Source: an uncultured Acidobacteriota bacterium (lineage in GTDB: Bacteria; Acidobacteriota; Thermoanaerobaculia; Multivoradales; UBA5704). Taken from it: a stretch of 64,000 nucleotides of DNA. The notes under the pieces are model-generated. The model was given only the letters and a program-made list of their open reading frames with translations, made no database searches and was not told the origin of the DNA. The first letter of the stretch is position 1. Every line of letters begins with the position of its first letter. Below, in pieces: positions 48,409 to 57,962 of this stretch. Both the position numbers and the translations under genes were made by a program. Where the stretch lies: positions 3,200,001-3,264,000 of the forward strand of contig CAVYRF010000002.1 in the NCBI GenBank assembly GCA_963770895.1, read 5' to 3'.

Positions 48409-50049
48409 TCAGGCGGTTTCCAGCCCCTGGCGCAGGCTCAGGCGGGAGCGGAAGACCTGCTTCCAGAGCCGCCGATGCTCGCGCGCCGCTTCCAGCTCGA
48501 TCTCCACTTCGTAGGGCGAGACGACCTCGATGCGGACGCGCTCGTCGCGCATGGCGCAGTAGATCTCCTGCACCCGCGAGGCGTGGGTGCGATCGAGCGC
48601 GTCGGCGACGCGCAGCAGCACGGCCAGGCGGCGGACCGTCTTTTGCTGCCACGGCTTGAGCGCGGCAAAGGCGGGGTGCTTGAGCTTGGGGGCGCCGCCC
48701 CGGTGGTAGCGGGCGACGTGGGCGATGATTTCGATCTCGGACTGGTCGAAGCCGTCCAGGCTGGCGTTCGAGATCAGGTAGAAGGCGTGCTTGTGATGGT
48801 TGCGGTAGTGGATGGAGTAGCCGACGTCGTGCAGCAGCGCCGCGTACTCCAGCCATTCGCGTTCGCGGGCGGCAAAGCTGTGGAGCGACGCCGTCAGGTC
48901 GAACAGCCGCGCCGCCAGCCGCGCGGTCTGCAGGTTGTGGCGCAGCACGCTGGGCCCCTGTTCGGCCAGCTGCAGCACCTGCCGCCGGCGCAGGTCGCCC
49001 GGCGAGTGGACGGGCGGGATGGGCTGGCCGAGCGCCGCCAGCACCAACCCCTCGCGCAGCGCGCGGTCGGAGACGTGGAAGCGGTCGACGCCGGCGTGGC
49101 TGACCAGCTCGTGCAGCAGCACGGCGCCGGCCATCAGGCTGTCGGAACGCGGCCCGCCCACCGGCGGCAGCGCCGCCAGCTCCCGCCGCCGCAGGCCGCG
49201 CAGGCGCGAGGTGAGCTGCGCCAGGTCCTTGGTGCGCACCTCGCGCAGCCCGACCCCCGGCTCCTTGCGGCCGCCGAACAGGTCCACCAGGTCGGCGCAG
49301 CAGGCCGCCGTGCCCGACGTGGCGATGAGCCGCGCCGGCGGCGCCGCCGCCGGGTCGCGCGGCAGCAGCTCGGCAAGGCGGCCGCGGATGGTCGCGCGCA
49401 GCTCGCCCAGCGCCGCCGCCGACGGCGGGTCGCCCTTCAGCCAGCCGGCGCAGCGCAGCGAACCGAGCTGCAGGCTGACCACGGCGGCCAGCTCGCCGCC
49501 CTGGGCGTCGATCCATTCGGTGCTGCCGCCGCCGACGTCGACGATGACGGCGCCGCCGGGGCCCAGGTCGACCACCTCGCGCACCGCGCGGTAGATCAGC
49601 TGCCCTTCGTGCTCGCCGGTCAGCAGCTGCACGTCCAGGCCGGTGTGGGCCTTGACCTGGTCCAGGAAGTCGCGGCCGTTGGCGGCTTCGCGCACCGCGC
49701 TGGTCGCCACCGCCACCACCCGGTCGGCGCCCTTGAGGGTGGCCAGGGTGGTCATCCGCATGAGCGCCTCCAGGCCGTCCTTGATCGCCGCCTTGGACAG
49801 CCTGCCGTCGCCCAGGCCGGTCTTGCCCAGGCGCACCATCTCGCGCTCGCGGCCCAGAACGCGGTAGGCGCCGCTCGGCTGCGGCGCCACCACGATCATG
49901 TGAATCGAGTTCGAACCGATGTCGATCGCCGCCAGCCGTCCGAACGGCTCGTCGCGGTGCGCCGCCAGATCCGGCAGGCGCAGCTGCAACGCCTCGCCGA
50001 TCGCGCCGGCGGCGAGCGCGCCGGTTGCGGCGGCGAGGGGTTGAATCAC
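48409..50049 (-). CDS. ppx: Ppx/GppA exopolyphosphatase with HD domain
   Basis: AAIDIGSNS, ATSAVREAAN, DVGGGSTE, ALREG, LLHDVG. GTG 50049 overlaps the upstream stop (alternative start 50067). Confidence 0.93.
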   Translation of the reverse strand: MIQPLAAATGALAAGAIGEALQLRLPDLAAHRDEPFGRLAAIDIGSNSIHMIVVAPQPSGAYRVLGREREMVRLGKTGLGDGRLSKAAIKDGLEALMRMTTLATLKGADRVVAVATSAVREAANGRDFLDQVKAHTGLDVQLLTGEHEGQLIYRAVREVVDLGPGGAVIVDVGGGSTEWIDAQGGELAAVVSLQLGSLRCAGWLKGDPPSAAALGELRATIRGRLAELLPRDPAAAPPARLIATSGTAACCADLVDLFGGRKEPGVGLREVRTKDLAQLTSRLRGLRRRELAALPPVGGPRSDSLMAGAVLLHELVSHAGVDRFHVSDRALREGLVLAALGQPIPPVHSPGDLRRRQVLQLAEQGPSVLRHNLQTARLAARLFDLTASLHSFAAREREWLEYAALLHDVGYSIHYRNHHKHAFYLISNASLDGFDQSEIEIIAHVARYHRGGAPKLKHPAFAALKPWQQKTVRRLAVLLRVADALDRTHASRVQEIYCAMRDERVRIEVVSPYEVEIELEAAREHRRLWKQVFRSRLSLRQGLETA

Positions 50050-52424
50050 GACTCTCGGTTGTGCCACGCGCCGATTGTAGTCTGCATCTCGACGGGCATG
50101 GCATCCGGCCGGCCCGCCGTCGGCGCCGGGTCGGCGAACAGCTGTTCGAGCAGGCGCTCCCAGCCGTGGCGGCGGGCGTTGGCGACGGCGCGCGCGGACA
50201 TCTCGGCGATGCGGCCGGGATCGTCGAAGAGCTGGCCCATGGCGGCGCTCCAGGCGCCGGGAGCGGCGGGATCGACGACCAGGCCGGAGACGCCGGGCAG
50301 CACGATCTCACGCGGGCCGCCGCGGTCGCTGACGATCGCCGGCAGGCCGGCGGCCTGGGCCTCCAGCACGACGTTGCCGAACGTGTCGGTGGTGCTCGGG
50401 AAGACGAACACGTCGGCGCCGGCGTAGGCGCGGGCCAGGTCCTCGCCGTGCAGGAAGCCGGTGAACAGGATCTCTGGCCGGCGATGGCGCCCCGCCAGCT
50501 CCTTCAGGTACGGACCGTCGCCCACCACCACCAGCTGGGCGTGGCGGCCGCTCGCCAGCAGTTCCGCGAAGGAGTCCATCAGGGCGTCCAGGTTTTTCTC
50601 GCGCGACACCCGCCCGACGTACAGGAACTTGAAGACGCCGTTGATGCCGAAGCGGCTCCAGAAGCGCGGATCGCGCTTGCCGGGGTGGAAGAACTCGGCG
50701 TCGACGCCGCGCGGCAGCAGCGACATGCGTTTGGCTTCCAGGCCGTGGGCGGCCAGCAGGTCCAGGTAGCAGCGGCTGGAGACGAACAGGCGGTCCATGC
50801 GGCCGAAGAACCACCGCATGTAGGTCCAGGTCATCTCTTCCAGCGTGGCGCTGCCCGACAGGTGCCGCACGTAGAGCGGAAAATCGGTGTGATAGATGCC
50901 GGTCACCGGGATGCCCAGGAGCTTGCCGGCGGCGAGCCCCACCAGGCCGAGCGGCCCCGGCGTGCTGATCAGGATCTCGTCGTAGCGCTCGCGCTCGCAG
51001 TGCTCCAGAACCGCCAGCAGCGGCGGCAGCTTGAGGGTCTGCGACTCGTAGCCGGGGATGGGGAACTGCGCGAACGGCGCGAAGTCCACCACCTCCAGGT
51101 CGAGCGGCGGCGTCGCTTCGCCGCAGGTGATGGCGGCCAGGCGGCGGCCGCGCTGGCGCGCCAGCCCGGCCAGCGTGCGCACCGTCTTGGCGACGCCGTT
51201 GATGTCGGTCAGCGTGTCGGTGAACCAGGCCTTCTTGCCGCCGCGCCCGCCGCGCGCGCCCTCTTCGGGGCGCTCGCCCAGGAAGCGCAGGGCGGCCGCC
51301 TCCAGCAGGTCGGAGTCCTTGTGCTGCGCCTGGAGCGCCACCAGGTAGGGCGCCACGGTCACCGCCAGCGGCGCGATCTGCGCCGCCGCCGCCGCCAGGC
51401 TCTCCGCCAGGCGGCCGCGGCGCAGGTTCTTGCTGAAGCCGTCCATCAGGGCGGCGGCGACCTCCTGGCTGGCGCGGTTGGCGTTCTCGAAGGTGACGCG
51501 GTCGGCGGGCGTCGCGGCGCCGAAGATGCGGCGCCGTTGCCCGGCCGACGCCCGCACGCCGCCCAGGCCCAGGCTGCGCAGCAGCTCGCTGAACGGGTCG
51601 CGGCGGTTGCCCAGGCCGAGCGGGAACTGGCGGCGGTAGTACTCCTGGGCCAGGGTGTACAGGCTCTGCGTGAGGCGCAGGCTGGAGCCGTTTTCGCCGC
51701 CCGGCTGGTGGTGGCCGGCGGCCAGCGCGGCAAAGAACTGCGGCAGCGTCGCGGGGGTGTCCAGCGCCGCGGTGGTTTCGGTCCAGGTGGTGGCGATGTA
51801 GTGGCCGCCGTGGTCGTCGCTGCCGCCGGTGAAGCTCTTGATCCACGGCGTCGCGCCCTGCGGCGTGAGGCCGTGGCGCTCCGCCAGGCTCTCCACCACC
51901 TCGCGGGTGAGCGAACCGAAGATGCGGCGCACCAGGTCGTTGCCGCGGCGGTCGTGGATGCCGTTGCGGCCTTCGAAGCGGTTGAACAGCACCAGCAGCT
52001 TTTCGACCTGGTCCAGGGTGAGCATGTCGTTGACGCGGTAGAGCGGGTGGGCGACGGAATGCAGGATGGAGTTGGCCACGAAGTAGTCGCGCAGCTCGTA
52101 GATGTTGCGGCGCAGCTCCTGGATCTCGCGGTGCTGCGCTTCGGTGATGCCGATCGCCAGGCAGTGGATCTCGCAGCCGTCCTCGGGAAACTCGACGGTG
52201 ACCTCTTCGGACAGGAAAACGCCGGGCAGGTGGGCGATCTCCAGCGCCCCGGCGACGGTGTCGTGATCGCTCAGGGTGACGAAATCCATGCCGCGCTCGC
52301 GGCACAGACGGTAGACTTCGCGCGGCTCGGTGAAGCTCTCGGGCGCCCCGAACTGGCGCAAGATCCACTCCGTCGGGCGGTTCGATGCCTTGCTGTGGAC
52401 ATGCAGGTCGGCCCTGGCCGTCAT
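50046..52424 (-). CDS. PHP-domain phosphoesterase fused to a GT4 glycosyltransferase
   Basis: PHP motifs: DLHVHS, SDHD, EEVT, AHP, EGRNG, GGSDDH. GT4 motifs: FTDT...NGV, YHTDF, YVGRVSREKN, FPSTTDTFGNVVLEA. Confidence 0.9.
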   Translation of the reverse strand: MTARADLHVHSKASNRPTEWILRQFGAPESFTEPREVYRLCRERGMDFVTLSDHDTVAGALEIAHLPGVFLSEEVTVEFPEDGCEIHCLAIGITEAQHREIQELRRNIYELRDYFVANSILHSVAHPLYRVNDMLTLDQVEKLLVLFNRFEGRNGIHDRRGNDLVRRIFGSLTREVVESLAERHGLTPQGATPWIKSFTGGSDDHGGHYIATTWTETTAALDTPATLPQFFAALAAGHHQPGGENGSSLRLTQSLYTLAQEYYRRQFPLGLGNRRDPFSELLRSLGLGGVRASAGQRRRIFGAATPADRVTFENANRASQEVAAALMDGFSKNLRRGRLAESLAAAAAQIAPLAVTVAPYLVALQAQHKDSDLLEAAALRFLGERPEEGARGGRGGKKAWFTDTLTDINGVAKTVRTLAGLARQRGRRLAAITCGEATPPLDLEVVDFAPFAQFPIPGYESQTLKLPPLLAVLEHCERERYDEILISTPGPLGLVGLAAGKLLGIPVTGIYHTDFPLYVRHLSGSATLEEMTWTYMRWFFGRMDRLFVSSRCYLDLLAAHGLEAKRMSLLPRGVDAEFFHPGKRDPRFWSRFGINGVFKFLYVGRVSREKNLDALMDSFAELLASGRHAQLVVVGDGPYLKELAGRHRRPEILFTGFLHGEDLARAYAGADVFVFPSTTDTFGNVVLEAQAAGLPAIVSDRGGPREIVLPGVSGLVVDPAAPGAWSAAMGQLFDDPGRIAEMSARAVANARRHGWERLLEQLFADPAPTAGRPDAMPVEMQTTIGAWHNRES

Positions 52425-52507
52425 CTACGATCCCCCAAGTGTCGCGCGGCCGCAGCAGACGGCGCGCGAGGTTGGAAGCTCATGGTACGGGGCGAAAACG
52501 CGCCGGA

Positions 52508-52559
52508 GGGTGACGGGCCGGTAGCGCCGGGTTACGGCTGCGTTGCGCCACGGTGACGA
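52508..52559 (-). promoter_or_regulatory. PHO-box-like array upstream of the PHP-GT4/ppx operon
   Basis: Minus-strand cores GTCAC/GCAAC/GTAAC/GCTAC/GTCAC (plus-strand starts 52553, 52542, 52531, 52521, 52510). Confidence 0.6.
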
Positions 52560-52728
52560 TCGCGGCGGCCGCCGCGGCGGCCTGCTTGAAAAGCTGGATG
52601 TCTCGCGTTTGCCATACTTTGTCACAGCCGCGCGGTGGCGCGCGGGCGCTGCATGTGGCAGAATGAAAAATACGTCTTGCGTGTGCGCCGCCCGCGACGC
52701 GGGCGTATCCAGGGGAGGTCCGATCCAG

Positions 52729-54894
52729 GTGTCCGAGCCGAAAGAGACGCAAAAACCCGCCGCCACGCTTGCCGCGGACCCGTCTGCGCTGTTCATCAAT
52801 CGCGAGCTGTCGTGGATGGAGTTCAATCGACGGGTGCTGCACGAAGCGGCCGACCCGGCCAATCCGCTGATCGAACGGCTCAAGTTCATCGCCATCTTCG
52901 ACAGCAACCTGGACGAATTCTTCATGAAGCGCGTCGGCGGCCTCAAGCAGCAGCTGGCCAGCAACGTGCGCGAGCTGCCGCCCGACAGCCGCACGCCGCG
53001 CCAGCAGCTGGCGGAGGTCAACGCCGCGGTGCGGCCGCTGCTGGCCGAACAGCGCCGCCTGCTCAACGAAGAGCTGCTGCCGGCGCTGCGCCAGCACGGG
53101 CTTGAGATCCTGCGCTGGGACGAGCTGCGGCCGATCGAGCAGCGCCATCTGAGCGAAGAGTTCGACCGCAAGATCTTCCCGGTGCTGACGCCGCTGGCGG
53201 TCGATCCGGCGCACCCCTTCCCGTTCATTTCCAACCTCAGCCTGTCGCTCGCCGTGGCGGTGCGCTCGCCCGGCGACTCCCGCGGCACCCACCCCGGCGG
53301 CCTGCGCTTTGCCCGCATCAAGGCGCCGCACATCCTGCCGCGCTGGGTGCAGGTGCCCAAGATGCTGCGCTTCGTGCCGCTCGAAGACGTCATCGCCAAC
53401 AACCTGCAGCGCCTGTTCGAAGGCATGGAAATCGTCGAATCGCACCCCTTCCGGGTGACCCGCAACTCCGACGTGCAGCGCAACGAAGAGACCGCCGACG
53501 ACCTGCTGGAAGCCATCCAGGAAGAGCTGCGCGAGCGCCGCTTCGCCACCGTCGTGCGCCTGGAGCTGGCCAAGGGCTGCCCCGAATGGATGCGCGAGCT
53601 GCTGTGCGACCAGCTTGAAACGGTGCCGCAGGAGGTCTTCGAGCTGGAAGGTCCGCTCGGTCTGCGCGACCTGATGCAGCTGTCGTCGACGCCGCTGCCG
53701 TCGCTGCGCTTCCGCCCCTGGACGCCGGTGCCGCATCCGCGCCTGGCCGCCATCGAAGCCGGCGGCGGCCCCGACGAGTTCTTTTCCGTCATCGCCGCCG
53801 GCGACCTGCTGGTGCACCACCCCTACGATTCGTTCGCCAGCAGCGTGCAGCGCTTTATCGAGGCGGCGGCGGACGATCCTGAAGTGTTCGCCATCAAGCA
53901 GACCCTGTACCGCACCTCGCACGACTCGCCCAACATGCGGGCGCTGATCCGCGCCGCCGAAGCGCGCAAGCAGGTGGCGGTGACGGTGGAGATCAAGGCG
54001 CGCTTCGACGAAGCCGCCAACATCGAATGGGCGGAGGCGCTGGAAGGCGTCGGCGCGCACGTCGCCTACGGCGTCGTGGGCTTGAAGACGCACGCCAAGA
54101 TCGCCCTGGTGGTGCGGCGCGAACGCGATCAGCTGGTGCCCTACACCCACCTGGCGACCGGCAACTACAACCCCGAAACCGCCAAGCTGTACACCGACCT
54201 GGGCCTGTTCACCTGCAACGCGGAGATCGCCGCCGACGTGGCGCAGCTGTTCAACATGCTGACCGGCTACGTCCATCGCCCGCAGTTCAAAAAGCTGCTG
54301 GTGGCGCCGATCAACATGCGCCAGCGGTTTGTCGAGCTGATCCGGCGGGAGGTGGCGCACAGCCAGGCCGGGCGCGGCGGCCAAATCATCGCCAAGATGA
54401 ACTCGCTGGAGGATCGCGAGATCGTCGAAGAGCTGTACGCCGCGTCGGCGGCGGGGGTGGAGATGGACCTGATGGTGCGCGGCATCTGCCGCCTGCGTCC
54501 GGGGCTGCCCGAGCAGAGCGAAACCATCCGCGTCATCAGCATCGTCGGGCGCTTCCTGGAACACGCCCGCATCTTCTACTTCGCCAACGCCGGCCAGCCC
54601 GAATACTTCATCGGTTCGGCCGACTGGATGTCGCGCAACCTGGACTACCGCGTCGAAGCCATCGCGCCGGTCGAAGACCCGCGCCTCCAGGAAGAGCTCA
54701 AGGCGATCCTGGATCTACAGCTGTCCGACAACGTGATGGCCTGGGACCTGCGGGCGGACGGCAGCTACCACCAGCGCCGGCCGGCCGCCGGCGAAGCGGC
54801 CCGGTCCAGCCAGGAGATCCTGATGCAGCGCGCCCTGGACCGCAGCGGCCGGCAGGCCGGCACGCCGCTCAGGGTGCCTGCAGGTTCTGCCTGA
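52729..54894 (+). CDS. ppk1: Polyphosphate kinase 1
   Basis: FINRELSWMEFN, NLDEFFMKRV, HPFPFISNLS, HHPYDSF, LKTHAK, GRFLEHARI, SADWMSRNL. GGAGG RBS before GTG 52729. Confidence 0.97.
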   Translation: MSEPKETQKPAATLAADPSALFINRELSWMEFNRRVLHEAADPANPLIERLKFIAIFDSNLDEFFMKRVGGLKQQLASNVRELPPDSRTPRQQLAEVNAAVRPLLAEQRRLLNEELLPALRQHGLEILRWDELRPIEQRHLSEEFDRKIFPVLTPLAVDPAHPFPFISNLSLSLAVAVRSPGDSRGTHPGGLRFARIKAPHILPRWVQVPKMLRFVPLEDVIANNLQRLFEGMEIVESHPFRVTRNSDVQRNEETADDLLEAIQEELRERRFATVVRLELAKGCPEWMRELLCDQLETVPQEVFELEGPLGLRDLMQLSSTPLPSLRFRPWTPVPHPRLAAIEAGGGPDEFFSVIAAGDLLVHHPYDSFASSVQRFIEAAADDPEVFAIKQTLYRTSHDSPNMRALIRAAEARKQVAVTVEIKARFDEAANIEWAEALEGVGAHVAYGVVGLKTHAKIALVVRRERDQLVPYTHLATGNYNPETAKLYTDLGLFTCNAEIAADVAQLFNMLTGYVHRPQFKKLLVAPINMRQRFVELIRREVAHSQAGRGGQIIAKMNSLEDREIVEELYAASAAGVEMDLMVRGICRLRPGLPEQSETIRVISIVGRFLEHARIFYFANAGQPEYFIGSADWMSRNLDYRVEAIAPVEDPRLQEELKAILDLQLSDNVMAWDLRADGSYHQRRPAAGEAARSSQEILMQRALDRSGRQAGTPLRVPAGSA

Positions 54895-55822
54895 AGAAAG
54901 CGACGGTGCGCTGCCAGGCGTCGCTGGCGGCGGCGGGGCGGTAGCCGGTGCCGGAAGGGTTGGCAAAGGCGTGGCCGGCGCCGTCGTAGATGTGGATCTG
55001 AACGTTCTTGTTCTGCTGCTTGAGCGACGCCTCCATGGCGTGCACCGCCGCCGGCGGGATGCTCTTGTCGTCCGCTCCGAACAGGCCGAGCAGCGGTGCC
55101 TGCAGGTGGGCCAGGCGGGCGGGGTCTTTTTCGGGCTGTCCGTAGTACATCACCGCGGCGTCGACATGGTTGGCCGGGTCCAGCGCGGTCTGTAGCGACC
55201 AGCCGCCGCCGAAGCACCAGCCGATGACGCCGACGCGGCGGGCGCCGCCGGCGCGCAGGAACTCCACGGCCTGGTGCAGGGCGGCGGCGGCGGGGGCCGG
55301 GTTGGCCGCGACGCTGCCGGCCAGCTGGCGGGCGGCCTCGGGGGTGGCGGCGGCCTGGCCGCCGTACAGGTCGACGGCGAGCGCGGTATAGCCCTCGCCG
55401 GCCAGGCGGCGGGTCACGTCGCGGATGTTGTCGTTCAACCCCCACCATTCGTGGATCACGACCAGCGCCGGCAGCTGCTTGGCGCCGGCGGTGGCGGTCG
55501 GTTTGGCCAGGAACCCATGGAGCGGCTTGCCGTCCTGCGTGCCATAGGCGACGTCGGCGCCGGTCACCGGCTGGGCGGGGGCGGTGGTGGCGGCCGGGCT
55601 GGCGACGGGGCGGTCGTTCTGATGCTCCGCCGCCATGCGGTCCAGGTCGGCCAGGGCGGCCAGCTGGCCGGACGGCGCGGTCGGCGCGGCGGCCTGGCCG
55701 TCAGGTCCGGTTGCGGCAAACGCCGCCGCCGGCGTCAGGGTGGTCATGCCAGCGATGACGGCGATGGCCGCGGCGGCGGCAAGCACGGCGGCGAGGACGG
55801 AAGATATACGCAGCTGGCGCAT
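54869..55822 (-). CDS. Dienelactone hydrolase family protein (exported)
   Basis: IHEWWGLN, IGWCFGG, GADD, AGHAFANP. Start taken at ATG 55822. Confidence 0.9.
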   Translation of the reverse strand: MRQLRISSVLAAVLAAAAAIAVIAGMTTLTPAAAFAATGPDGQAAAPTAPSGQLAALADLDRMAAEHQNDRPVASPAATTAPAQPVTGADVAYGTQDGKPLHGFLAKPTATAGAKQLPALVVIHEWWGLNDNIRDVTRRLAGEGYTALAVDLYGGQAAATPEAARQLAGSVAANPAPAAAALHQAVEFLRAGGARRVGVIGWCFGGGWSLQTALDPANHVDAAVMYYGQPEKDPARLAHLQAPLLGLFGADDKSIPPAAVHAMEASLKQQNKNVQIHIYDGAGHAFANPSGTGYRPAAASDAWQRTVAFFRQNLQAP

Positions 55823-55917
55823 CGTCGGGCTCTCCTTGTGCGACGTGACTACCCTGCGAACGGACCGGGCGGGCCACAGGCTTCGCGACGGTCTGTCACT
55901 GCAAGCGAGGTGCCGGT

Positions 55918-57870
55918 TCATTCCAGGCGGACGCGGGCCAGCTGCAGGGAAAAGGGGCCGAGTGGCTGCACGGCGGCGAAGACCACCAGCAGCACGTCGT
56001 GCCCGTCGTAGGAATTGAAGCGCGCCCAGGGCAGGTCGAACGCCTGCCACTGCGGACCGGCGGTGAAGGTTTGCAGCAGCGGCAGGCGGCCGCGGCTTTT
56101 GGCGAAGACCATCAGCGAGAAGGTGTGGCCGTCGCCCCTGGCCCAGAAATGAATGCCGGTGCGCGCCGACAGGTCGACCGCCGCGTGCGTCCCGGCTCCT
56201 GGCGAAAGCGCGGCCCCGGCCCACGAGAAGGCGCCGGCGGCGACGGTGCCGCGGATGGCCAGCGATTGCGTCCCCTGGGGCGCATCCGGCGGGGCTTCGG
56301 CGACGACGGCCAGGGTGGCGGTCGAGGAGCCGCCGGCGATCTGGTCGGTCGAGACGCCCCAGCCGGGACCCATGGCGGCCTGGATCGCGGTGGCGGCGGC
56401 GACACCGGCGCGGAAGGCGGCGCGGTCCGCGGCGACGCCCTGTTTCCAGACCTGCACGATGGCGCGGGCTCGCCGCGGATCGGCGATGGCGTCGCCGTCC
56501 ACCAGCAGCAGGTCGGCGCGCAGGCCGGGGGCGATGCGGCCGCGGTCCGCCAGGTGGAAGGCGGCGGCGGGCGCCGACGTCGCGGCGGCCAGCGCCTGTT
56601 GCGGCGTCAGGCCGGCGGTCTCGAGCAGCGCGATCTCGCCCAATGTACTGGCGCCGTGGGTGGTGCCCGGATTGGGCGCGTCGGTGCCGGCAAGAATCGG
56701 CACGCCGGCGGCGAGCAGCTGGCGGATCGCCGCCGCCGCGTTCGCCACCGAGACGCCCGCCACGGCGGGGTGCGCGAAGGCGCCCTGCAGGTTGGCGATG
56801 GCGTCCGGGCTCAGATAGGGCGCCAGGCGCGGGTCGTGCGCCAGACCGGCGCCGGTGTCGGCCGCCCACGGCTGGCCGGCGCCGGTGATCCCGGCCAGCA
56901 CGCTGAGCGTCGGCACCACGAAGGCGTGATGGGCGGCGACGAAGCGCCCGAACCCGGGGTCGGGCGGCGCGTCCACGAATAGGTGCGCCAGGCCGTCGGC
57001 GCCGGCGGCGATCGCCTGACGGGCGGCGGCCAGGGTGGTGACGTGCGCCACCGCCAGCTTGCCGCGCTGGTGCGCCGCCGCCACCAGGGCGGCGACCGTC
57101 GCCGCGTCCAGGGTGGGGAGCGGCCGGCCGGTGATCGCGCCGTCCTCGATGATGATCTTGATGTAGTCCGAACCCTCGGCCAGCCGCGCGTCGACCCAGG
57201 CCGGCGCCTGGTCGGGGCGGGTGAGGGTGGGGTTCTCGAAGCCGTATTCAGTGCCGTGGCCGCCGGGGACGGTGGCCATGGTGCCGGCCGACCGCAGGTC
57301 CGCCAGGTCCATGTCGCCGCCCGCAGCCTGCGCGGCCTTGACCTGCGCCGCCCAGCGCGCCACGGTGCCCATGTCCAGCTCGGTGGTGACGCCGAGCATC
57401 AACGCCTGCCGCAAGGCGTCTTCGCTCCAGGCGTGGGTGTGGCTGTCGATCAGGCCGGGCAGCAGGGTGCGGCCCGCCCCCGGCACCTCCGGCGTGCCCG
57501 GCGGCGCGGTCAGGCTGCGGCCCACCGCGGCAATCTTGCCGCCCGCGACCAGCACGTCGGCGACGCCGAGCGAGCGGGTGCCGTCAAACACCAGGGCGCC
57601 GCGCACCACGAACGAGGCGGCGCCGGCCGGCGGCGTGGCCTCGCCCACGGCTGCAGTGGTTGCGGCCGGCGCGGTTGCGGCAGCTGCCGGCTCGCTCTTC
57701 GGCTGCGGCGCGGCGGCCGTGGCGCCGGCAAGGGCCAGGGCGCCGCACACCAGCACGGCGGTGATTGCCAGGGATGCCGCCGCGGTGCGCCGAGCGTGGC
57801 CGGCCCGGCGGGCGCGTGGGGTGTGGCTGGTGAGATCGGTGGCTGCGGCGGCGGCAGGTGCGCGTTCCAT
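55918..57870 (-). CDS. Exported amidohydrolase with C-terminal CIA30/CBM-like domain
   Basis: PGLIDSHTH, YIKII, VAH, LAH, AGTDA, GRIAPGLRADL. C-terminal STDQIAGGSS...DLSARTGIHFWARGDG. Confidence 0.85.
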   Translation of the reverse strand: MERAPAAAAATDLTSHTPRARRAGHARRTAAASLAITAVLVCGALALAGATAAAPQPKSEPAAAATAPAATTAAVGEATPPAGAASFVVRGALVFDGTRSLGVADVLVAGGKIAAVGRSLTAPPGTPEVPGAGRTLLPGLIDSHTHAWSEDALRQALMLGVTTELDMGTVARWAAQVKAAQAAGGDMDLADLRSAGTMATVPGGHGTEYGFENPTLTRPDQAPAWVDARLAEGSDYIKIIIEDGAITGRPLPTLDAATVAALVAAAHQRGKLAVAHVTTLAAARQAIAAGADGLAHLFVDAPPDPGFGRFVAAHHAFVVPTLSVLAGITGAGQPWAADTGAGLAHDPRLAPYLSPDAIANLQGAFAHPAVAGVSVANAAAAIRQLLAAGVPILAGTDAPNPGTTHGASTLGEIALLETAGLTPQQALAAATSAPAAAFHLADRGRIAPGLRADLLLVDGDAIADPRRARAIVQVWKQGVAADRAAFRAGVAAATAIQAAMGPGWGVSTDQIAGGSSTATLAVVAEAPPDAPQGTQSLAIRGTVAAGAFSWAGAALSPGAGTHAAVDLSARTGIHFWARGDGHTFSLMVFAKSRGRLPLLQTFTAGPQWQAFDLPWARFNSYDGHDVLLVVFAAVQPLGPFSLQLARVRLE

Positions 57871-57962
57871 GCGCCGATTGTAGCCCGCGTGTTTGGGGGC
57901 TTCCAGCGCGGCGCCGCCGCCCGGTCGGGGCAAGCTGCCGGGCCGCGCGCCGGGGTCCGGCT

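Noticed and set aside
52609-52627. PHO box for ppk1 (GCCAT...GTCAC)
   Set aside because: Cores are 10 bp apart rather than 11 and there are only two units, which is too weak to call.
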